Shown here piece after piece: positions 48,446-55,881 of a DNA stretch of 64,000 nucleotides (position 1 is the first letter of the stretch; each line of letters opens with the position of its first letter). Source of the stretch: an uncultured Clostridia bacterium. GTDB taxonomy: Bacteria > Bacillota > Clostridia > Christensenellales > CAG-917. Under the pieces are notes generated by a model. The model saw only the letters and a list, made by a program, of their open reading frames with translations, made no database searches and was not told the DNA's origin. A program made the translations under genes and the position numbers. The stretch is from contig CALVQW010000011.1 of NCBI GenBank assembly GCA_944358385.1, positions 237 through 64,236 on the forward strand, given 5' to 3'.

Positions 48446-49729
48446 TCACGCGCATTTGATCACTTCATCCACGTTCTTCATCATGACGTCGAAGAACGCG
48501 TTTACGATCTCCTCGTCCTTCTCGTTGCCCGTGATGGCGATGGTGAATGTCACCTCCCCTTCGAAGGTGGTGAGCGCGAGCTGCATATACGGCTTGCCCT
48601 TCACCGCGCCCGTGTAGAACCCGTCGTAGGGCGCAACGCTGCCGAAGGAATATTCCGCGGGTTTGATGGAGCCGATGTTGGACATCCCTATGAGAGGATT
48701 GTCATATCCGAGCTTTATCGCCGCCTCGCTGAGGCAGTGCGGGAACACCGTGTAAGCAAGGTGCAGGAGGGGCAGGGAGTAAAGCCCCAGGAATTTGTCC
48801 TGCTTGTTTGCCTTCATCGCCTCCGCAACGATGTCCAGCGTCTCGCGCATATCCTTGCCCACGCCCTTCACCGCCACGGTCATGAACCCCGTATGGTTGG
48901 TGAGTCCCGTCTCCGCGCCGCCTTCTTTCATATGACGGCGGAGGTCCACCATGCAGGGAACGGTGAGCGTCTCTCCTTCCTTGAACACGCCGATGTCGTA
49001 AAGGGAGCGCAGATAGACTGCGAGGATGAGGTCGTTGACGGTGAAGCCGTACTTCTTGACCGCCGCTCTTGCCGCCGCGAATTTCTCGGCGGAAAGCTTG
49101 CGCATTATGATGCGGTTGACGTCCCCGTCGCTTGCGGGAGTGAGGGGGAAGGTGTGCTTGCTCTTCACCTCGCTGATGTTGCGGTAGAGGGATCTCGCTT
49201 TCTTCGCGTCCTCCTCGCTCAGCCCGGAGTAGACGGCGTCATAGGCGCGCGTCCCTTCCTTGATGTGCATCTCCTCCCCGCCGTTCACGAGTACGGTGTA
49301 GTTTTTGGCGAGCTGCGTCACGAAATATTTGAGGTCGCCGCCGTCAAAACACATATGGTTGACCACGAACACCAGCGCGCGCCTCTCCTTGCAGCGGAAA
49401 AGCCCTATGCGGATCTGCACATTGCTCTCTATCGGGATGCGCTGCTCCGCAAACGCTTTCGCCCTGCCTTCGAGGTCGTCGGTGTCCTCGACGGTGAGCG
49501 CGTCATCCAACGTCCACTCCTGCAACACCCAATAGGGTTTGATGAAATTGTTGTGATAGCGGGAATGAAGCACGGGGACGTGCGAGATCTGAAATTCCAA
49601 CGCGCGTCTCAGCGCGTCCTCGTCGAGGGGCGCGGGATAGAAAAGCACGCAGTGCATCATCCTGTCGTAGTAGTTGCGGAAAAGATATTGCATCTTGTCC
49701 CACATTTCAGCCTTGAACACTCTTTTCAT
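48446..49729 (-). CDS. Stand-alone condensation-domain-like (HxxxDG) acyltransferase, paralogue 1
   Basis: Start trimmed to MKRVFKAEMWDKMQYLF (ATG 49727-49729). Has the VVNHMCFDGGD catalytic-type motif. About 427 aa, the typical size for C-domain/PapA5/WS-DGAT-like enzymes. By eye, roughly half of positions are identical to 54110..55426. Confidence 0.6.
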   Translation of the reverse strand: MKRVFKAEMWDKMQYLFRNYYDRMMHCVLFYPAPLDEDALRRALEFQISHVPVLHSRYHNNFIKPYWVLQEWTLDDALTVEDTDDLEGRAKAFAEQRIPIESNVQIRIGLFRCKERRALVFVVNHMCFDGGDLKYFVTQLAKNYTVLVNGGEEMHIKEGTRAYDAVYSGLSEEDAKKARSLYRNISEVKSKHTFPLTPASDGDVNRIIMRKLSAEKFAAARAAVKKYGFTVNDLILAVYLRSLYDIGVFKEGETLTVPCMVDLRRHMKEGGAETGLTNHTGFMTVAVKGVGKDMRETLDIVAEAMKANKQDKFLGLYSLPLLHLAYTVFPHCLSEAAIKLGYDNPLIGMSNIGSIKPAEYSFGSVAPYDGFYTGAVKGKPYMQLALTTFEGEVTFTIAITGNEKDEEIVNAFFDVMMKNVDEVIKCA

Positions 49730-49760
49730 AACGACCGTCCTTTTTTCCCCCGACTGTGCT

Positions 49761-49789
49761 ATTATACAGCGGCGGGACGGATCGCGCAA
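49761..49789 (-). promoter_or_regulatory. Candidate promoter for acyltransferase paralogue 1
   Basis: The minus strand reads TTGCGC (49784-49789), a 17-nt spacer, then TATAAT (49761-49766). Confidence 0.45.
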
Positions 49790-49820
49790 ACAAAAAAGAG
49801 GGAGCATTTCGCTCCCTCTC
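49790..49820 (-). terminator. Rho-independent terminator after the esterase gene
   Basis: The minus strand reads agagggagc-gaaau-gcucccucu followed by UUUUUU. Confidence 0.65.
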
Positions 49821-49831
49821 CCGATAATTTT

Positions 49832-50749
49832 TCAGATCTCCCTCGCGGCAAATCTCTTCATGAAGTCCGCGGTGAGTTCGTTGTTCTTTCTCGCCGCCTT
49901 GCTCTTCCAGTTGAGGGAGAAGCAATGGTTGTCCATGAATGAGGTGGAATGGAACTCCTCTGCATGCACTCCCTTGTCCGCGAGCAGCTTCATGAGGCCG
50001 TCCGCCTGTCCGCCGCAGAAGATGTCCTTCTGCGCATGGGTGATGAAGGAGACGGGGAACTCCTCCGTGACGAAAGGCAGCACGCTGCAAAGGTCCTTCC
50101 ACTCATAGGAGTCGATCTCATCCTTGCCTATGCCCGCAAAATCTTTGAGCAGTTTGCCTCCGAGGTCGAAAGGATATTTGTTTTTGAGGGCGGTGGCGAC
50201 GTCATAGATGCCGCAGTTGAGCACCGCTCCGCCGAATTTCAGGTCGGTGTGCACCCCCAGCTTGTCCTGCAAAGACTTGTTGAGCGTGATGCCCGCCAGC
50301 ATCGCGCCGTAATAGCCGCCCGCGCTGTCGCCGGAGACGATCATGCGGTCGAGGTCCAGCCCCAGCTTCTCCGCGTTCGCGCCCACCCAATTGAGCGCGG
50401 CGACCAGCTGACGGTGAGGGACGGGACACTGATAGTCCGGACAGAGACCGTAGTTGACATTGACCACAAAGTAGCCCTGCACCGCCGACCAGCGCGCAAG
50501 TGCCCTGCGGTAATGTTTGTCACCCGCGACAAAGCCGCCGCCGTGTATGTAGAAAAGCACAGGCAGCTTGCCCTTCCCGCCCTTGACGCGGTAAGTGTCC
50601 AGCTTGCACGCGTCGGGCGCGGACTCGTCATAAACTATGTCCGTCTTGATGTCGAACTCCACATCCTTGAACTTGGTCATCTTCCTTTCGTTCTGGAAAG
50701 GATTGTAGAGTTTATCGATAGCTACGAAAAGAAAACTTTGCAGACTCAT
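49832..50749 (-). CDS. Alpha/beta-hydrolase esterase/lipase (HSL/Aes-like family)
   Basis: Start trimmed to MSLQSF (ATG 50747-50749), with GGGAGG SD. Oxyanion-hole motif HGGGF (VLFYIHGGGFVAGD) and nucleophile elbow GDSAGG. Confidence 0.85.
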   Translation of the reverse strand: MSLQSFLFVAIDKLYNPFQNERKMTKFKDVEFDIKTDIVYDESAPDACKLDTYRVKGGKGKLPVLFYIHGGGFVAGDKHYRRALARWSAVQGYFVVNVNYGLCPDYQCPVPHRQLVAALNWVGANAEKLGLDLDRMIVSGDSAGGYYGAMLAGITLNKSLQDKLGVHTDLKFGGAVLNCGIYDVATALKNKYPFDLGGKLLKDFAGIGKDEIDSYEWKDLCSVLPFVTEEFPVSFITHAQKDIFCGGQADGLMKLLADKGVHAEEFHSTSFMDNHCFSLNWKSKAARKNNELTADFMKRFAAREI

Positions 50750-50807
50750 GAGTGCCTCCCTGACATTGAAATGAAGGGCAACGCCGTTCCGTATTGCCGA
50801 CAACGGC

Positions 50808-50836
50808 ATTTTAACACATGTCTAATAACTTGTAAA
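50808..50836 (-). promoter_or_regulatory. Sigma-A-type promoter for the esterase gene
   Basis: The minus strand reads TTTACA (50831-50836), a 17-nt spacer, then TAAAAT (50808-50813). Confidence 0.6.
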
Positions 50837-50858
50837 CCCTTTCCGCGGATTATTCCCC

Positions 50859-51140
50859 GCGCTTTGCGAGGGTGTCACACCCTCGCGCTCCCACACTATC
50901 ACTTTGTTTTTTCCTTATCCATATTTTGTCAAGGAGTCGCGCCGAAAAATTTTGCTTGCGGGGAATTATTCCCCCACACCCCCAAGTAGTTGCGAGCCGT
51001 AAAAGATAAGCTGTAGCGCGGGATGTAAAACAATAGTCAGCCGCCCGCTTAGGGTTGCAAAATTTTTCGCGCCCTTGACAACGACGTCAAGTTAAAATTA
51101 AACACTGCGGACGGCACTTCTTGCCGTCCGCCTTAATTAC
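50859..51140. repeat. Intergenic repeat element, copy C
   Basis: 50859-50897 is identical to nt 9-47. Arms ttttgtcaaggagtcgcgccgaaaaattttgc (50924-50955) / gcaaaatttttcgcgcccttgacaa (51056-51081) form an inverted repeat around a ~100-nt loop. The tail cgcccttgacaacgac...gttaaaattaaacac...ccttaattac ends at 51140, as in copy B. Confidence 0.65.
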
Positions 51141-51532
51141 AAATATACTCTCTCCAACACTCTTTCCTTCGCACGCTTGCGCGCTTTGCCTAATCTTTTT
51201 AAATACTTACTCCGACTTTTCGTATGTATTTTCCCCTTATCTTTTATCCTCTTGCTGACGTTTCTTTTTTGCCCCCTTAGATAAGGGGGCGAACGGTTCT
51301 CTTCGCTTTGTCTTTCGCTTGTGGGGGTATGAGGAGTTTTGGGGTTCCCAGGGGGATACTCGGAAAATTCCCCCTGGGCGTTTTCGCTTCCTTTTGCGTA
51401 CAAAAGGAAGGCTACATTTCTCGCCGCTTGAATATTTAAAGCCGGTGCTTTTGTCGTAAATGCGTACTTCGCACGGAAATGAGATGGGTGCGGTGCCGCG
51501 CTTGGCTTACGGCGGGGCGACGGCGTTCCCGC

Positions 51533-51573
51533 CAAATAATAAACCCGCCGCGCGCTTTTCGCGCACGGCGGGT
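51533..51573 (-). terminator. Rho-independent terminator after 51604..52098
   Basis: GC-rich 12-bp stem cccgccg.gcgc/gcgc.cggcggg (51544-51572). On the minus strand it is followed by uuuauuauuu. Confidence 0.6.
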
Positions 51574-51603
51574 GTGAGCAAACTCTGTCTGCGGTGATGT
51601 GCC

Positions 51604-52098
51604 TTAATAGTAAACTGCGGTGGCGGTGACGGTGTCCTCGCCGGTGAGGATGTACACCCATATGCCCTCGGAGCCTTCCTTTGCGGGGACGTCGGGGATG
51701 CCTTCGTGCGCTTCCGCACTCAGCGTCAGCGTCTCGACGACGTTGCCGTCCGCAACAAACGTGACGGTGTACTTGATGGCGGTATATTTCGCATTGACGG
51801 TGATCTGCGCCTCACCCGCCTCGACGGAGGACCAATCCCACTCGCCGACATAGCCGACTTTTTGCGGGACTTCTGGCACTTCGGGAGCAAACACATCGTC
51901 CATGGACTCGAAGGGATAATCCTCGCGGGACACTTCCGTCCCGTCGGCAACGAACACCACCGTGATGCCGGATGCGGAGTCATCGCCGCGCTCATTCCTC
52001 TCGCGGATCACTCCGAATACAACGCCGAAAATGACGACGCCGATGAGCACACATGCCAGCACGATGCCAAAGATCTTGTCTTTGCTCAATTTTTTCAT
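51604..52098 (-). CDS. Membrane-anchored protein with InlB B-repeat (Listeria-Bacteroides repeat)-like domain
   Basis: Start trimmed to MKKLSKDKIFGIVLACVLIG (ATG 52096-52098), with AGGGAG SD. One N-terminal TM. KYTVTFVADGNVVETL...IPDVPAKEGSEGIW resembles InlB B-repeats. Confidence 0.6.
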   Translation of the reverse strand: MKKLSKDKIFGIVLACVLIGVVIFGVVFGVIRERNERGDDSASGITVVFVADGTEVSREDYPFESMDDVFAPEVPEVPQKVGYVGEWDWSSVEAGEAQITVNAKYTAIKYTVTFVADGNVVETLTLSAEAHEGIPDVPAKEGSEGIWVYILTGEDTVTATAVYY

Positions 52099-52226
52099 AA
52101 CGGTCTCCCTTTCCTGTCGGGTGATCTCAAACGGGACGCACGGAGAAACGTGCCGGATGCGGCCGAAATGCCGCACGGACGGCGCACTCTTTCCCGCCTC
52201 GCCCGATGTTGCCGCGCAACGGAAAC

Positions 52227-52255
52227 AGTATAACACCCGCATTAACTTTTTGCAA
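52227..52255 (-). promoter_or_regulatory. Candidate promoter for 51604..52098
   Basis: The minus strand reads TTGCAA (52250-52255), a 17-nt spacer, then TATACT (52227-52232). Confidence 0.5.
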
Positions 52256-52334
52256 CATCACACGCCAACTTTCAGGCACACAATTAAGCCCCTCCCTGCC
52301 AAATAAATGAGGTCGTAAGAATATCCCCATCACA

Positions 52335-52363
52335 TTGAAACAGGCAAACAAACAGTGTATAAT
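52335..52363 (+). promoter_or_regulatory. Sigma-A-type promoter placed for a leaderless transcript of the YgjP-like gene
   Basis: TTGAAA (52335-52340), a 17-nt spacer, TATAAT (52358-52363), 6 nt, then ATG (52370). No SD is present. Confidence 0.65.
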
Positions 52364-52369
52364 AAGATC

Positions 52370-53077
52370 ATGGAATGCATCATTGTCGGGGCGGGCGGAA
52401 GAGAGATCGCGGTGGAAGTGGAACGCAAGCGCGTGCGCAACATCAATCTGCGGGTGCGCGCGGACGGGAGCGTGCACGTGAGCGCGCCATCGCGCGTGCC
52501 TATGAAAAAGATAGAGGACTTCGTGCTTTCGCGGGCGGCGTGGATAGCGGAAAAGACAGCGGCGGCGGAAGCGCGGGAGAAATTCTCATTCGTGGCGGAG
52601 GGGTATGTCCCCTTCCTTGGGCGACGCCTGCCTCTGACCGTGACGGCGGGAGAACGCGTGCGCGTGACTGCGGCGGACGACGGTGTGAATGTCTGCGCAC
52701 CCTCCCCCGAAAGCGCGGACAAAGCGGTCTCGAAATGGCTGCTGAACAGGGCGAAAGAGGTGCTGCCCGCCCTGTTTGCCGAGGCGCAGGCGGAGACAAA
52801 TGGACGTTTCGGCGCGCCCGTACAGCCCCGCGTGGTGAGGATGCGTGCGAGGTGGGGGTGCTGCGAGAGGACAAAGCGACTGATAAAGCTGAACGCCCTC
52901 ATCGTGACCGCGCCCGAGGAATGCGTGAGATATGTGTGTCTGCACGAGCTGGCGCACCTTGAGAGGGCGGGACACGATGCGGAGTTCCACGCGCTTTTGG
53001 AAGAGCTGTGTCCCGGTCATCGCGCGCTGAAAAGGCGGCTGGACGCAGAATGTCTGCGCAGACTGCCGCAAATTTAA
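52370..53077 (+). CDS. YgjP-like M48/SprT-family metallopeptidase (DUF45)
   Basis: HELAHL zinc motif (VCLHELAHLERAGHD). N-terminal ...EIAVEVERKRVRNINLRVRADGSVHVSAP is typical of DUF45. Start set at the ATG 52370 (MECIIVG) rather than the GTG at 52355, which lies inside the -10 box. Confidence 0.8.
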   Translation: MECIIVGAGGREIAVEVERKRVRNINLRVRADGSVHVSAPSRVPMKKIEDFVLSRAAWIAEKTAAAEAREKFSFVAEGYVPFLGRRLPLTVTAGERVRVTAADDGVNVCAPSPESADKAVSKWLLNRAKEVLPALFAEAQAETNGRFGAPVQPRVVRMRARWGCCERTKRLIKLNALIVTAPEECVRYVCLHELAHLERAGHDAEFHALLEELCPGHRALKRRLDAECLRRLPQI

Positions 53078-53194
53078 AAAAGAGGGAAAAAGTGTGTAAC
53101 CTTTCTCCCGCTCGCGCGTTTATTGTGTGTACGAGGGCGGAGGCGGCGACGCCGACGCGTTGATATAGAGGAATAAATCTCTGCGGAGGACAAT

Positions 53195-54046
53195 ATGAAA
53201 GAACGTTTCAAAAGGTATCTGGAACAGCAGTTCAGAGCCATTCGCCCCACGCTGGCGGCAGCCGAGTATCGTGAAAAGATGCTCAAACAGCTCATGGACC
53301 GCGCGCAGGAACTGCGCATCAAGGGCATGGACGACGAGGACCTCATCTATGATATGTGCATAGAAGAGCTGGGCGATTTCGCCGCCACTCTCGCCGCCTT
53401 CGACGAGCAGGAACACAAAGTCGCCAACACCAAGCGCAATGCCGTGCTGGGCGCGGTGTGCGGAGTGGGTGCGGCACTCGCGCTCGTGGTGGTCTATCTC
53501 ATCGTCAGTTTCCTTGTCCCGAACTCCTGGGGACTCACCTGGCTCATACTTGTGGGCGGAGCGTTCGCGGCTGTGATAGCGGTGGCAGTGGTGCTGCTGG
53601 TCAAGTTTGTGAAAGCCAAAAAATACCTTCTCATGCGTCTGATGCCCCCCGTGGTCATAGTGCTGCTTTGCGTCTATCTCTTCCTGTTGCTGCAACTCGT
53701 GGGACACGTGGAGATGTCCTGGCTGGCATTCCTTGCGATGGTGGTCATGATAGCGGCATTCGACGGCGCACTCGCCTTCATCACCGAGTTCAAATTTCGT
53801 TGGGTGGAGCTGCCCATAGTCATCGAGATCGTGTGCGTCATGGTGTATGTCATCGTAGGCATAATCGTCCCCTCCTTCTGGCATCCGGGCTGGCTGCTGT
53901 GCCTGGGCGGCGTGGTGGCTGCGATAGCGGAGGCCATCGTGCTCATCGCCACCCGCAACAGCAAGAAGGACAAGAAGGAAAAGAAGCGCATCGCCGCCAA
54001 ATACACCGAAGAGGACGAGTCCTACTACACCTCCTGGAAAGACTGA
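53195..54046 (+). CDS. Hypothetical polytopic membrane protein
   Basis: 283 aa. A ~90-aa soluble helical N-terminus, then about 6 TM segments. GGAGGA SD 5 nt upstream. It lies immediately upstream of acyltransferase paralogue 2. Confidence 0.55.
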   Translation: MKERFKRYLEQQFRAIRPTLAAAEYREKMLKQLMDRAQELRIKGMDDEDLIYDMCIEELGDFAATLAAFDEQEHKVANTKRNAVLGAVCGVGAALALVVVYLIVSFLVPNSWGLTWLILVGGAFAAVIAVAVVLLVKFVKAKKYLLMRLMPPVVIVLLCVYLFLLLQLVGHVEMSWLAFLAMVVMIAAFDGALAFITEFKFRWVELPIVIEIVCVMVYVIVGIIVPSFWHPGWLLCLGGVVAAIAEAIVLIATRNSKKDKKEKKRIAAKYTEEDESYYTSWKD

Positions 54047-54109
54047 AAAACCCGTCTTTCTCTCAAAAACGGCGTTTACCGTGCCGAAAACGGTTGATAA
54101 AGGTATATT

Positions 54110-55426
54110 ATGGTCAAGACATTGAAAGCGGAAATGTGGGACAAGATGCAATATCTCTTCCGCAATTTCTATGACAGAATGGTGCACTGCGTGCAATACT
54201 ACGACGGGCTGATCGACATCCCCACCTTGAAGCGCGTACTCGTCTTTACCACCGAGAAGGTGCCGGTGCTGCACTCCTCTTTCAAGAGCGACGTCATCGA
54301 TCCCTATTGGAAGGTGGAGGACTACACGGTGAACGACATCCTCACCGTGCGCGACAGCACGGACATCGAGGCGGACGTCAACGCCTTCATCTGCCAGAGC
54401 ATCCCGGTGGAGAGCAACGTGCAATATAAGATGGCGGTGTTCAACAAGGACGGAAGATCCGTGCTGTGCATGATCGTCAACCATATGTGCATGGACGGCG
54501 GCGACTTCAAGTACTTCATGAAGAAACTCGCCGAGAACTACAACAAGCTCCTGGACGGCGAGCGCGACCTCGACATCAAGACGGGCAGCCGCAGCTATGA
54601 CGAGGTCTACTCCAAGCTCACTCCCGAAGAGGAGGAAGTGGCAAGAGGGCTTTACAAGAACATCAGCCAGGTCAAGGACGAGCATTATTTCCCGCTCACT
54701 CCGAGTTCCCCCACCGATGTCACCCGCATCTGCCGCAGAAAGGTGGGCGTCAAGCTCTTCTCCGATTTCAGGAAGATAGGCAAAGCCCTCGGCGTCACCG
54801 TCAACGACCTCATGCTCGCATTCTACGTGCGCTCCCTTTACGAGATCGGGATGTTCCGCGACGACGAGCGACTCACCATCCCCTGCATGGTGGACCTGAG
54901 ACGCCACATCGTGGACGGAGGCGTGCATACGGGGCTGACCAACCACACCGGTTTCATGCAATGCTCCACCGAAAGGAAGGGCGAGACCATCAACGACACC
55001 CTCATCGAGGTGCTGCGCTCCGTGAGAAAGAGCAAGGACGATCCTTACATGGGACTGTACAGCCTGCCCCTTCTCAAACTCGCCTACTCCATCTTCCCCT
55101 ACATCATCAGCGAGCAAGCCATCAAGATCGGCTATCTCAACCCCCTCATCGGCATGTCCAACATCGGCGTGATGGACGACCGCGCGCTCAAAATGGGCGA
55201 CGCCAACATCGTGGACGGCTTCATGACGGGTGCGGTGAAGTACAAGCCCTATATGCAGCTTGCTCTCACCTCCCTGCTCGGCGACATCACCATGACCATC
55301 GCCATCCGCGGCAACGACGAGGACGAGAAGATAGTGGAACGTTTCTTTGACATGATCATCGCCAATATGAACGCGTTTGTGGAGCTTAACCGCTCCAAAC
55401 TCGACTCTTCTCCCGCAGAGAAGTGA
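54110..55426 (+). CDS. Stand-alone condensation-domain-like (HxxxDG) acyltransferase, paralogue 2
   Basis: 438 aa. MVKTLKAEMWDKMQYLFRNFYDRM... and IVNHMCMDGGD. Collinear with 48446..49729 over its full length. Confidence 0.6.
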   Translation: MVKTLKAEMWDKMQYLFRNFYDRMVHCVQYYDGLIDIPTLKRVLVFTTEKVPVLHSSFKSDVIDPYWKVEDYTVNDILTVRDSTDIEADVNAFICQSIPVESNVQYKMAVFNKDGRSVLCMIVNHMCMDGGDFKYFMKKLAENYNKLLDGERDLDIKTGSRSYDEVYSKLTPEEEEVARGLYKNISQVKDEHYFPLTPSSPTDVTRICRRKVGVKLFSDFRKIGKALGVTVNDLMLAFYVRSLYEIGMFRDDERLTIPCMVDLRRHIVDGGVHTGLTNHTGFMQCSTERKGETINDTLIEVLRSVRKSKDDPYMGLYSLPLLKLAYSIFPYIISEQAIKIGYLNPLIGMSNIGVMDDRALKMGDANIVDGFMTGAVKYKPYMQLALTSLLGDITMTIAIRGNDEDEKIVERFFDMIIANMNAFVELNRSKLDSSPAEK

Positions 55427-55455
55427 CCCAGCCTTATTCTTTACCCCCTTCTGAG

Positions 55456-55497
55456 ACGCGCCCGTGCCACCACCCCCCGGCAGGGCGCGTTTTTTTA
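55456..55497 (+). terminator. Rho-independent terminator after acyltransferase paralogue 2
   Basis: acgcgccc...gggcgcgt stem followed by TTTTTTT. Confidence 0.7.
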
Positions 55498-55830
55498 TTA
55501 TGCCGGCGCGGGATGAGGCGGACCTGCCTCAGAACAATTCTTTTCGGCGCTTTTGCGCCGCCGAAACTTGACAATATGTATACTATTGCCGGCGTTCCGC
55601 CGGAGCAAAATCATCCGAAAATCTCTTGCTCTGAGGTGCGGGCAGTTCGGCATAGCCGAACCCAGTCCGCCTCATCCCGCTCCGGCATGCCGCCCCGAAA
55701 CATACAAACACGCCCGGAGCAATTCTTCCCCGTGCTTTCCTGCGGATGACACGACTCCCCCGCCCCAAAATAAATCATGCCCGGTTCGTTATTTTGTTTT
55801 TTCTTAAAATCAATTATTGATACACATACG

Positions 55831-55839
55831 TGATATAAT
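55831..55839 (+). promoter_or_regulatory. Extended -10 promoter element for the collagen-like lipoprotein gene
   Basis: TGaTATAAT (55831-55839), about 40 nt upstream of the ATG at 55882. Confidence 0.4.
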
Positions 55840-55881
55840 GCTTTGATGATGACGCGCATCCGCGCGCAAACGGAGTCGGGT

